32,000 nucleotides of DNA from Mycobacterium tuberculosis H37Rv (GTDB lineage: Bacteria; Actinomycetota; Actinomycetes; Mycobacteriales; Mycobacteriaceae), in assembly GCF_000195955.2 (NCBI RefSeq), contig NC_000962.3, forward strand, positions 630,001 through 662,000, in the 5' to 3' direction. The notes below the pieces were generated by a model. It was given only the letters and a program-made list of their open reading frames with translations, was not told where the DNA came from and did not search any database. Position 1 is the stretch's first letter. Every line of letters begins with the position of its first letter. This document shows positions 16,298 to 26,009 of the stretch, in pieces. The translations under genes were made by a program, and so were the position numbers.

Positions 16298-17962
16298 GTG
16301 AACCCCTCGACGACACAGGCGCGCGTCGTCGTCGACGAACTGATCCGCGGCGGCGTTCGCGACGTGGTGCTGTGTCCGGGCTCGCGCAATGCGCCGCTGG
16401 CCTTCGCGCTGCAGGACGCCGACCGGTCCGGCCGGATCCGGTTGCACGTTCGCATCGATGAACGCACCGCCGGCTACCTGGCCATCGGGCTGGCAATCGG
16501 GGCGGGCGCGCCGGTGTGTGTCGCGATGACATCCGGCACCGCCGTGGCCAACCTCGGTCCGGCGGTGGTGGAGGCAAACTACGCTCGGGTGCCGCTGATC
16601 GTGCTGTCAGCCAATCGGCCCTACGAGCTGCTGGGCACCGGCGCCAACCAGACCATGGAACAGCTGGGCTATTTCGGCACCCAGGTGCGCGCCAGCATCA
16701 GCCTGGGGCTGGCCGAGGACGCACCCGAGCGGACCTCGGCGCTCAACGCGACCTGGCGATCGGCTACGTGCCGAGTGTTGGCGGCCGCCACGGGTGCTCG
16801 CACCGCCAACGCGGGCCCCGTGCACTTCGACATCCCGCTGCGCGAACCGCTGGTGCCCGATCCCGAGCCCCTCGGCGCGGTCACCCCGCCGGGCCGGCCT
16901 GCTGGCAAGCCGTGGACCTACACGCCGCCGGTCACCTTCGACCAGCCACTGGACATCGACCTGTCGGTCGACACCGTGGTCATCTCCGGGCATGGCGCTG
17001 GCGTGCACCCCAACCTCGCGGCGTTGCCGACCGTCGCAGAACCGACGGCGCCGCGGTCCGGGGACAACCCGTTGCACCCGCTGGCGCTGCCGCTGCTGCG
17101 CCCTCAACAGGTGATCATGCTGGGCCGGCCGACACTGCATCGTCCGGTATCGGTGCTGCTGGCCGACGCAGAAGTGCCGGTATTCGCATTGACAACCGGT
17201 CCACGCTGGCCGGATGTCTCGGGTAACTCGCAGGCCACCGGCACGCGGGCGGTCACCACCGGCGCGCCGCGGCCCGCGTGGCTGGACCGGTGTGCGGCGA
17301 TGAACCGGCACGCGATCGCGGCGGTTCGGGAACAGCTCGCGGCGCACCCGTTGACCACCGGGCTGCATGTCGCGGCGGCGGTGTCGCATGCGCTGCGGCC
17401 CGGTGACCAGCTGGTGCTCGGGGCATCCAATCCGGTGCGGGATGTGGCGTTGGCCGGTTTGGACACCCGCGGCATCCGGGTACGGTCCAACCGTGGGGTC
17501 GCCGGCATCGACGGCACCGTGTCCACCGCGATCGGGGCGGCCCTAGCTTATGAGGGGGCTCACGAGCGCACCGGCAGCCCGGACTCCCCGCCCCGCACCA
17601 TCGCACTGATCGGCGACCTGACGTTCGTGCACGACAGCTCCGGGCTGTTGATCGGGCCGACCGAACCGATACCGCGGTCATTGACCATCGTGGTGTCTAA
17701 TGACAACGGCGGCGGCATCTTCGAATTGCTCGAGCAGGGTGATCCCAGGTTCTCCGACGTGTCATCGCGAATCTTCGGCACCCCACACGACGTCGATGTG
17801 GGCGCATTGTGCCGCGCCTACCACGTGGAATCTCGCCAGATCGAGGTCGACGAACTCGGACCGACCCTCGATCAACCCGGTGCCGGCATGCGCGTGCTCG
17901 AGGTCAAGGCCGACCGGTCGTCGTTGCGACAATTGCACGCCGCCATCAAGGCGGCTCTGTGA
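16298..17962 (+). CDS. menD: SEPHCHC synthase (2-succinyl-5-enolpyruvyl-6-hydroxy-3-cyclohexene-1-carboxylate synthase), ThDP-dependent
   Basis: 554 codons. ThDP-binding motif GDLTFVHD...SNDNGGGIF. Confidence 0.95.
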   Translation: MNPSTTQARVVVDELIRGGVRDVVLCPGSRNAPLAFALQDADRSGRIRLHVRIDERTAGYLAIGLAIGAGAPVCVAMTSGTAVANLGPAVVEANYARVPLIVLSANRPYELLGTGANQTMEQLGYFGTQVRASISLGLAEDAPERTSALNATWRSATCRVLAAATGARTANAGPVHFDIPLREPLVPDPEPLGAVTPPGRPAGKPWTYTPPVTFDQPLDIDLSVDTVVISGHGAGVHPNLAALPTVAEPTAPRSGDNPLHPLALPLLRPQQVIMLGRPTLHRPVSVLLADAEVPVFALTTGPRWPDVSGNSQATGTRAVTTGAPRPAWLDRCAAMNRHAIAAVREQLAAHPLTTGLHVAAAVSHALRPGDQLVLGASNPVRDVALAGLDTRGIRVRSNRGVAGIDGTVSTAIGAALAYEGAHERTGSPDSPPRTIALIGDLTFVHDSSGLLIGPTEPIPRSLTIVVSNDNGGGIFELLEQGDPRFSDVSSRIFGTPHDVDVGALCRAYHVESRQIEVDELGPTLDQPGAGMRVLEVKADRSSLRQLHAAIKAAL

Positions 17963-18474
17963 TATCACCGAAACCCCTGCTGCACATCCTGATTCATGGG
18001 CTCAGTGATGAACTGCCCGATACTCGAGGCAGGATCGTGCTGCGCTGGTTACGAATCGCCGTCCTGATAGTGACCGGTTTGGTCACGCTGCAGTCGGTGC
18101 TTCTGGTGGCTGGTGCGTGGCGCAATGACATTGCGATCCAACGTAATATGGGGGTCGCGCAGGCTGAGGTGCTCAGCGCCGGGCCGCGGCGTTCGACGAT
18201 CGAGTTTGTCACACCGGATCGGATCACCTATCGGCCGCAACTCGGTGTGCTGTATCCGTCCGAATTATCCACGGGCATGCGAATTTACGTTGAGTACAAC
18301 AAGAGGGATCCCAACCTGGTCAGAGTGCAGCACCGTAACGCCGGACTGGCGATCATCCCGGCCGGGTCCATCGCGGTGGTGGCCTGGCTGATCGCCGCCG
18401 CCGCGCTGGTCGTGCTAGCGGTGCTGGACAAGCGGTTGGAACGTCGTGAAAATTCGGCGTCTGCAACGGGCTGA
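17959..18474 (+). CDS. Two-helix membrane protein (Rv0556-like, DUF3592-like)
   Basis: GTG 17959 overlaps the menD TGA (GTGA). 171 codons with hydrophobic helices near both ends. Confidence 0.75.
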   Translation: MISPKPLLHILIHGLSDELPDTRGRIVLRWLRIAVLIVTGLVTLQSVLLVAGAWRNDIAIQRNMGVAQAEVLSAGPRRSTIEFVTPDRITYRPQLGVLYPSELSTGMRIYVEYNKRDPNLVRVQHRNAGLAIIPAGSIAVVAWLIAAAALVVLAVLDKRLERRENSASATG

Positions 18475-18535
18475 GCAGCAGAGTTCGCACGCCGTATGCC
18501 GCTACGCAACCATTTCGACAGCCGGCGCTGACAGT

Positions 18536-19672
18536 GTGTGTGGCGTGCGCGTTGCGATCGTCGCCGAGTCGTTCCTCCCGCAGGTGAACGGCGTCAGCAA
18601 CTCGGTGGTCAAGGTACTCGAACATCTGCGTCGAACCGGTCATGAAGCCCTGGTGATCGCGCCCGACACGCCGCCAGGTGAAGACCGCGCCGAGCGACTT
18701 CACGACGGTGTCCGGGTGCACCGGGTGCCGTCGCGGATGTTCCCAAAGGTGACCACGTTGCCGCTCGGCGTGCCCACCTTCCGAATGCTGAGAGCGCTGC
18801 GCGGATTCGATCCGGATGTCGTGCATCTGGCGTCGCCGGCGCTGCTTGGCTACGGTGGACTCCATGCCGCTCGGCGGCTAGGGGTGCCCACGGTCGCGGT
18901 CTACCAAACCGATGTTCCGGGTTTCGCGTCCAGCTACGGCATTCCGATGACAGCACGGGCGGCGTGGGCATGGTTCCGCCACTTGCATCGCCTGGCTGAC
19001 CGCACTCTGGCGCCGTCCACAGCGACAATGGAATCCCTTATTGCCCAGGGCATTCCGCGAGTACACCGGTGGGCACGCGGGGTGGACGTGCAACGTTTCG
19101 CGCCGTCGGCGCGAAACGAGGTGTTGAGGCGACGGTGGTCACCGGACGGCAAACCCATCGTCGGCTTTGTGGGTCGGCTTGCTCCGGAGAAGCATGTCGA
19201 CCGGCTCACGGGTCTGGCGGCCTCCGGCGCCGTGCGGCTGGTGATCGTCGGCGACGGCATCGACCGGGCAAGATTGCAATCAGCAATGCCCACAGCGGTT
19301 TTCACCGGAGCACGGTATGGCAAAGAGCTCGCCGAGGCGTATGCCAGCATGGACGTCTTCGTACATTCCGGTGAGCACGAGACGTTCTGCCAAGTCGTGC
19401 AGGAAGCGCTGGCGTCGGGGCTACCGGTGATCGCTCCGGACGCCGGCGGACCGCGTGATCTGATAACCCCGCACCGCACCGGGCTGCTGTTGCCGGTCGG
19501 CGAGTTCGAGCACCGGCTTCCTGACGCCGTCGCCCACCTGGTGCACGAACGCCAGCGCTACGCGCTGGCCGCCCGGCGCAGTGTGCTGGGCCGCAGTTGG
19601 CCGGTGGTCTGCGATGAGCTGCTCGGCCACTACGAGGCGGTGCGAGGTCGGCGCACGACCCAGGCCGCGTAA
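18536..19672 (+). CDS. mgtA: GT4-family alpha-mannosyltransferase (MgtA, formerly PimB)
   Basis: GT-B/GT4 N-terminus [16 protein letters not shown] and C-terminal E-x7-E region ([17 protein letters not shown]). GTG 18536 gives 378 aa. GTG 18545 (VRVAIV...) is an equally plausible start. Confidence 0.85.
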
Positions 19673-19688
19673 CGGTAGCGTCGAGGCT

Positions 19689-20393
19689 ATGAGTCGCGCC
19701 GCCTTGGACAAGGATCCCCGCGACGTGGCGTCGATGTTCGATGGCGTCGCCCGCAAGTATGACCTGACCAATACCGTGTTGTCCCTGGGCCAGGACCGGT
19801 ATTGGCGGCGAGCCACTCGGTCGGCGCTGCGGATCGGGCCCGGCCAAAAGGTCCTGGACCTGGCCGCGGGCACCGCCGTGTCCACCGTAGAGCTCACCAA
19901 ATCGGGCGCGTGGTGTGTGGCTGCCGATTTTTCGGTCGGCATGCTTGCGGCGGGCGCTGCGCGCAAGGTTCCCAAGGTCGCCGGTGACGCCACCCGGCTG
20001 CCGTTTGGTGACGACGTGTTCGATGCGGTCACCATCAGTTTCGGGCTGCGTAACGTCGCAAACCAGCAAGCGGCGCTGCGGGAAATGGCTCGTGTCACCC
20101 GGCCGGGCGGGCGGCTACTAGTGTGCGAATTCTCCACGCCCACCAATGCGTTGTTCGCCACCGCCTACAAGGAATACTTGATGCGGGCGCTGCCCCGGGT
20201 GGCGCGGGCGGTGTCTAGCAACCCCGAGGCCTACGAGTACCTCGCGGAGTCGATCAGGGCCTGGCCCGACCAGGCGGTGCTGGCGCACCAGATTTCGCGG
20301 GCCGGGTGGTCGGGGGTGCGGTGGCGCAACCTGACCGGCGGCATCGTAGCTCTGCATGCCGGATACAAACCCGGCAAACAAACCCCGCAGTGA
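19689..20393 (+). CDS. menG: Demethylmenaquinone methyltransferase (UbiE/MenG; listed as menH in the H37Rv annotation as I recall)
   Basis: 234 codons from ATG 19689. SAM motif [10 protein letters not shown]. UbiE-type N-terminus [16 protein letters not shown]. Confidence 0.9.
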
Positions 20394-20406
20394 CCGGTAG
20401 GAAGAC

Positions 20407-20745
20407 TTAGCGGGTGCCAGCCCGTTGCAGGACGCCCACATGCTCAGGGCAGTAGTGATCGATCGCGGCGCCCAGGAACTGAAACGCTTGGCCCTGGGTG
20501 GTTCCGCGCGGCAGGTTGCGTTGCAGGAAAGTGGCCGACTTGTACGCATCGCCGTCAACGCCTCTGCTCAGCCGTTCGCAGCTGATCTTGGCAAGCCAAG
20601 CGTTGTAGTCCTGCGGGCCGTAGATCCCGAAGCGATGGATCGTGTTGTTGAAGGGGGCGTCGTAGTCGTCGGCCTGCGCCGGCGCTGCCAAACTAACGGC
20701 AGCCACCGTCATGCCGACGACAACAGCCAGCTTTGTTCCCTTCAT
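20407..20745 (-). CDS. Small secreted protein, DUF732-like (Rv0559c-like)
   Basis: 112 codons. Signal peptide MKGTKLAVVVGMTVAAVSLAAPAQA / DD. The mature part contains two Cys. Confidence 0.85.
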   Translation of the reverse strand: MKGTKLAVVVGMTVAAVSLAAPAQADDYDAPFNNTIHRFGIYGPQDYNAWLAKISCERLSRGVDGDAYKSATFLQRNLPRGTTQGQAFQFLGAAIDHYCPEHVGVLQRAGTR

Positions 20746-20778
20746 TAGCCGGACTATACGCGTCGTTTGGGTGCGCCG

Positions 20779-21528
<750 letters not shown>

Positions 21529-22755
21529 TCAGCTGAACGGCGGTCGTCGATCGACGAGCCGGGACAATTGACCGCCACCGCGCCACACCCGCGCCACCCA
21601 GTCGCGGTCGTCGTCGGTGACCAGATTGGACATCACCCGCACGGCGATGTTCATCAATGCGGTGGAGCGCATCGTGATGGGCCCAGTCGTGGGTAGGAAC
21701 CGTGGGAAGGTCAGTAACAACGCTAGCCGGCGCGCAACCGAGAAGCCGCGACCGTAGCGGTCGGCCAGCAGCGACGGCCACAGCCGTGCCAGGTCACGCG
21801 AATCCAGCAGTTCGGCGGCCAGCCGCCCGGTTTCCAGCCCGTAGTCGATGCCCTCGCCATTGAGCGGGTTGACGCAGGCCGCGGCGTCGCCGATGAGCAT
21901 CCAGTTGGACCCGGCCACTCCAGAAACCGCGCCGCCCATCGGCAACAGCGCCGACGACACCGCGCGCGGCTGGCCGGTGAAGCCCCACTCGTCACGGCGC
22001 AGGTCGGTGTAGTAGGAGATCAGCGGGCGCAGGGCCAGATCGGCTGGCCGTCTTGAGGTCGACAACGCTCCCACGCCGATGTTCACTTCGCCGTTGCCCA
22101 GCGGAAAGATCCAGCCGTAGCCGGGTAGCACGGCGCCGTCGGGGGAGCGCAGTTCCAGATGCGACGTCAGCCACGGGTCATCGCTGTACGCCGTGCTCAG
22201 GTACCCCCGGACCGCGACGCCATAGACCGTCTCCCGATGCCATCGCCGGCCCAGCTTGCGTCCCAGCGGGGATCGGGCCCCGTCGGCAACGATCAGCTGG
22301 CGGCAGCCCACCTCAGTGCCGTCGGCCAGGGTCAGCGATACCACCCGCCTCGATGAATCATGGTGAACAGCAACGGCTTTAGCGCCAAGTAGCATGCGCG
22401 CACCGGTGTCCTCGGCGACCTTTCGGATCCGGTCGTCCAGCTCGAGACGGGCCACCGCGCTGCCGTACGACGGGAAGCTCGGACCGGGCCAGTCCACTTC
22501 CACCTCGCCTCCGAAGCCGCTCATCCGCAACCCACGATGCCGGATGTGGTCCGCCAGCCACTTACCTAGTCCCAGCTGGTGCAGTTCGGCGACCGCGCGT
22601 GGTGTCAGCCCGTCGCCGCAAGGCTTGTCGCGGGGGAAGGTGGCGGTGTCGATGACGAGGACGTCGCGGCCCGCGCGGGCAGCCCAGGCGGCCGCAGCTG
22701 ACCCGGCCGGTCCGGCGCCCACGACCACCACGTCGGCACTGTCATCCACGCTCAC
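21529..22755 (-). CDS. menJ: Geranylgeranyl-reductase-family flavoprotein, menaquinone isoprenoid side-chain reductase
   Basis: FAD Rossmann motif DVVVVGAGPAGSAAA lies immediately after the start. GTG 22755 gives 408 aa, and GTG 22749 is an alternative. The 528-codon maximal ORF would run antisense through grcC1. Confidence 0.9.
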   Translation of the reverse strand: MSVDDSADVVVVGAGPAGSAAAAWAARAGRDVLVIDTATFPRDKPCGDGLTPRAVAELHQLGLGKWLADHIRHRGLRMSGFGGEVEVDWPGPSFPSYGSAVARLELDDRIRKVAEDTGARMLLGAKAVAVHHDSSRRVVSLTLADGTEVGCRQLIVADGARSPLGRKLGRRWHRETVYGVAVRGYLSTAYSDDPWLTSHLELRSPDGAVLPGYGWIFPLGNGEVNIGVGALSTSRRPADLALRPLISYYTDLRRDEWGFTGQPRAVSSALLPMGGAVSGVAGSNWMLIGDAAACVNPLNGEGIDYGLETGRLAAELLDSRDLARLWPSLLADRYGRGFSVARRLALLLTFPRFLPTTGPITMRSTALMNIAVRVMSNLVTDDDRDWVARVWRGGGQLSRLVDRRPPFS

Positions 22756-22756
22756 C

Positions 22757-22764
22757 AGTATGTT
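22757..22764. promoter_or_regulatory. Overlapping back-to-back -10 elements for divergent menJ (CATACT, minus strand) and grcC1 (TATGTT, plus strand)
   Basis: The intergenic gap is only 15 bp (22756-22770). TATGTT at 22759-22764 is followed by 6 nt and then GTG 22771. CATACT (complement of 22757-22762) is followed by 7 nt and then GTG 22749. Confidence 0.4.
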
Positions 22765-22770
22765 GGTCGA

Positions 22771-23778
22771 GTGAGGACTCCGGCGACGGTGGTGGCAGGC
22801 GTTGACCTGGGCGACGCTGTCTTTGCCGCGGCCGTGCGTGCTGGTGTCGCGCGAGTCGAGCAACTCATGGACACCGAGCTGCGCCAGGCCGACGAGGTGA
22901 TGAGCGATTCGCTGCTGCACTTGTTCAATGCCGGCGGCAAGCGGTTCCGTCCACTGTTCACCGTGCTGTCGGCGCAGATCGGGCCGCAGCCGGATGCCGC
23001 AGCGGTGACAGTCGCCGGGGCGGTGATCGAGATGATCCACCTGGCGACCCTCTACCACGATGACGTGATGGACGAGGCCCAGGTCCGCCGCGGCGCGCCC
23101 AGCGCCAACGCGCAATGGGGTAACAACGTCGCGATCCTGGCTGGCGACTACCTACTGGCCACCGCATCGCGGCTGGTGGCGAGGTTGGGACCGGAGGCGG
23201 TGCGGATCATCGCCGACACCTTCGCCCAGTTGGTGACCGGGCAGATGCGTGAGACGCGCGGCACGTCGGAGAACGTGGACTCCATCGAGCAGTACCTGAA
23301 GGTGGTCCAGGAGAAGACCGGCAGTCTAATCGGGGCGGCCGGCCGGCTGGGTGGGATGTTCTCCGGTGCCACCGACGAACAGGTCGAACGGCTGAGCCGC
23401 CTCGGCGGCGTGGTGGGCACCGCGTTTCAGATCGCCGACGACATTATCGACATCGACAGCGAGTCTGACGAGTCGGGCAAGCTGCCCGGTACCGATGTGC
23501 GCGAAGGAGTACACACCCTGCCGATGCTCTACGCGTTACGGGAATCAGGGCCCGATTGCGCTCGGTTGCGCGCACTGCTGAACGGACCGGTCGACGACGA
23601 CGCCGAGGTGCGCGAGGCGCTGACATTGTTGCGGGCGTCGCCGGGCATGGCCCGGGCCAAAGACGTCCTGGCGCAGTACGCGGCTCAGGCACGTCACGAG
23701 CTGGCCTTACTGCCCGACGTCCCGGGACGGCGTGCCCTGGCGGCGCTGGTCGACTACACCGTGAGCCGGCACGGCTAG
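22771..23778 (+). CDS. grcC1: trans-Polyprenyl diphosphate synthase
   Basis: 335 codons. Both Asp-rich motifs are present (LYHDDVMDE and QIADDIIDI). Confidence 0.9.
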   Translation: MRTPATVVAGVDLGDAVFAAAVRAGVARVEQLMDTELRQADEVMSDSLLHLFNAGGKRFRPLFTVLSAQIGPQPDAAAVTVAGAVIEMIHLATLYHDDVMDEAQVRRGAPSANAQWGNNVAILAGDYLLATASRLVARLGPEAVRIIADTFAQLVTGQMRETRGTSENVDSIEQYLKVVQEKTGSLIGAAGRLGGMFSGATDEQVERLSRLGGVVGTAFQIADDIIDIDSESDESGKLPGTDVREGVHTLPMLYALRESGPDCARLRALLNGPVDDDAEVREALTLLRASPGMARAKDVLAQYAAQARHELALLPDVPGRRALAALVDYTVSRHG

Positions 23779-23878
23779 GTTGCCCGGCCAGGCTCGATTG
23801 CGGAACCAGCGGATACCCCTCAGGCGTTGAACCAGCAGTAATCTCCCAAGTTGAGGTGTTCTAGGAGGACACGCACTG

Positions 23879-24739
23879 ATGACTTGGCATCCGCATGCCA
23901 ACCGGCTGAAGACGTTCCTGCTGTTGGTCGGTATGTCCGCGTTGATCGTGGCCGTCGGCGCGTTGTTTGGCAGGACGGCGCTGATGCTGGCGGCGCTGTT
24001 CGCCGTCGGAATGAACGTCTACGTCTACTTCAATAGCGACAAGCTGGCGCTGCGGGCGATGCATGCGCAACCGGTTTCCGAACTGCAGGCGCCGGCGATG
24101 TACCGGATCGTTCGAGAGCTGGCGACCAGCGCTCACCAGCCGATGCCCCGGCTGTACATCAGCGACACCGCCGCACCCAACGCGTTCGCCACCGGCCGCA
24201 ACCCGCGCAATGCCGCGGTGTGTTGCACGACTGGCATCCTGCGTATCCTCAATGAGCGTGAGCTGCGTGCCGTGCTGGGCCACGAGCTGTCTCACGTCTA
24301 CAACCGCGACATCCTGATCTCTTGTGTGGCAGGTGCGCTGGCAGCGGTGATTACCGCGCTGGCCAACATGGCCATGTGGGCCGGCATGTTCGGCGGCAAC
24401 CGAGACAACGCCAATCCCTTTGCACTGCTTCTGGTTGCGCTGCTGGGCCCGATCGCGGCAACCGTGATACGGATGGCCGTGTCGCGATCGCGGGAGTACC
24501 AGGCCGACGAGTCGGGTGCCGTCCTGACCGGGGACCCGCTGGCGTTGGCGTCGGCATTGCGCAAGATCTCCGGCGGCGTCCAGGCGGCGCCGCTGCCGCC
24601 GGAGCCGCAGCTGGCCAGCCAGGCGCACCTGATGATCGCCAACCCGTTCCGGGCGGGTGAGCGGATCGGATCGCTGTTTTCGACTCACCCACCGATCGAG
24701 GACCGCATTCGCCGGCTGGAGGCGATGGCGCGCGGCTGA
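23879..24739 (+). CDS. htpX: Membrane zinc metalloprotease HtpX (M48)
   Basis: 286 codons with AGGAGG 9 nt upstream of the ATG. HELSHV zinc motif, N-terminal TM helices, and the C-terminal motif [11 protein letters not shown]. Confidence 0.95.
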   Translation: MTWHPHANRLKTFLLLVGMSALIVAVGALFGRTALMLAALFAVGMNVYVYFNSDKLALRAMHAQPVSELQAPAMYRIVRELATSAHQPMPRLYISDTAAPNAFATGRNPRNAAVCCTTGILRILNERELRAVLGHELSHVYNRDILISCVAGALAAVITALANMAMWAGMFGGNRDNANPFALLLVALLGPIAATVIRMAVSRSREYQADESGAVLTGDPLALASALRKISGGVQAAPLPPEPQLASQAHLMIANPFRAGERIGSLFSTHPPIEDRIRRLEAMARG

Positions 24740-24893
24740 TAACTGTGGGTATCGAGATGCCATCGGTGATGAGTCAGGCGCCGCTATCGAGGAGGCGGTC
24801 GATCAGTTCGTGGCTGGCATGCCGGCGTGCGGCGAGGACGCGCCCGTCCCACTGACCGAACGCAACAGCCGAACTATCGTTGTGCGGACATCA

Positions 24894-24909
24894 CCGGCAT
24901 GCGTGCCGG
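24894..24909 (-). terminator. Candidate hairpin terminator downstream of gpdA1
   Basis: CCGGCA-tgcg-TGCCGG, a perfect 6-bp stem with a 4-nt loop, lies 14 nt beyond the TAG at 24924-24926. No clear U-tract follows. Confidence 0.25.
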
Positions 24910-24923
24910 CAGCGGTGGCAAGC

Positions 24924-25949
24924 CTAAAACCCCGAGCCGTGCACCTCGTGTCCGGGGACCTCGGCGATCAAGCCTCTATACGCCTGCTCCACCGTCGAAC
25001 CATGGTTGATGACGGCGTCGACCTCGCGGGCGATCGGCATGTTCAGCCCGAACTCGTTGGCGAACTCCATCACCACACCGGCAGCTTTGACGCCCTCGGC
25101 GACCTGGCTCATCGATGCGATGATTTCGTCGATCGGCTTGCCTGCGCCGAGTTGTTCGCCCACATGCCGGTTGCGGCTGCGTTGGCTGGTGCAGGTGACG
25201 ATCAGGTCGCCGAGACCGGCCAGTCCGGGGAACGTTTCGCTTTTCCCACCCATTGCCACACCCAGCTTCGTCATCTCGCGCAGCGCGCGGGCGATCACCA
25301 GGGCGCGGGTGTTTTCGCCGATACCCAGCGAATAGCCCATCCCGACCGCGATGGCGAAGACGTTCTTGAGGGCGCCCGCCGTCTCGACACCGACGACGTC
25401 GTCAGTTGTGTACACGCGGAAGCGCCGGGTGCGAAACATTGCTGATAGCCGGGTCGCCAGGTGCTGGTCGGGCATGGCCAGCACCGCCGCGGCCGCGTAG
25501 CCCTCGGCCACCTCGCGGGCGATGTTCGGGCCGGCCAGGATGCCTGCCGGATGACCGGGCAGTACCTCCTCGATGATCTGCGACATCCGCATATTGGTGC
25601 CCTGTTCGAGCCCCTTGACCAGGGACACCACTGGCACCCAGGGTCGCAGCTCTTTGCTCAGCTCGACAAGCACTCCGCGGAAACCGTGCGAGGGCACCCC
25701 CATGACGACGACGTCGGCGCAGTTGGCGGCCTCGGTGAAGTCTGTGGTGGCGCGCAGGGTGTCGCTGAGCACCACGTCGTTGCCGAGGTATCGGCTATTG
25801 CGGTGGTTGTCGTTGATGTCCTGCGCGGTGACCGCCGAGCGCACCCACTGCAAGGTTGGTCCGCGGCGCGCACAGATGGAGGCGACGGTGGTGCCCCAGG
25901 AACCGCCGCCGAGGACAACGACTTTGGGTTCGCGCTTGTTGGCTGCCAT
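24924..25949 (-). CDS. gpdA1: NAD(P)H-dependent glycerol-3-phosphate dehydrogenase
   Basis: 341 codons from ATG 25949. Rossmann motif VVVLGGGSWGTTVA. TACGCT lies 7 nt upstream of this ATG, which supports it over the 361-codon ORF. Confidence 0.9.
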   Translation of the reverse strand: MAANKREPKVVVLGGGSWGTTVASICARRGPTLQWVRSAVTAQDINDNHRNSRYLGNDVVLSDTLRATTDFTEAANCADVVVMGVPSHGFRGVLVELSKELRPWVPVVSLVKGLEQGTNMRMSQIIEEVLPGHPAGILAGPNIAREVAEGYAAAAVLAMPDQHLATRLSAMFRTRRFRVYTTDDVVGVETAGALKNVFAIAVGMGYSLGIGENTRALVIARALREMTKLGVAMGGKSETFPGLAGLGDLIVTCTSQRSRNRHVGEQLGAGKPIDEIIASMSQVAEGVKAAGVVMEFANEFGLNMPIAREVDAVINHGSTVEQAYRGLIAEVPGHEVHGSGF

Positions 25950-26009
25950 GGCGTTCAGCGTATTGCGGCAACCGGACATTTGATATCCGTCGACGAACCG
26001 CAGGAGCAA

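Noticed and set aside
22756-23115. 120-codon N-terminal extension of menJ (528-aa maximal ORF)
   Set aside because: The extension runs antisense through grcC1. The FAD Rossmann motif, which normally sits at the extreme N-terminus, begins right after 22755/22749.
24757-24855. 32-codon ATG ORF (MPSVMSQAPLSRRRSISSWLACRRAARTRPSH) in the htpX/gpdA1 convergent gap
   Set aside because: It has no SD or -10 geometry and an Arg/Ser-rich composition typical of random high-GC frames. I cannot assess conservation.
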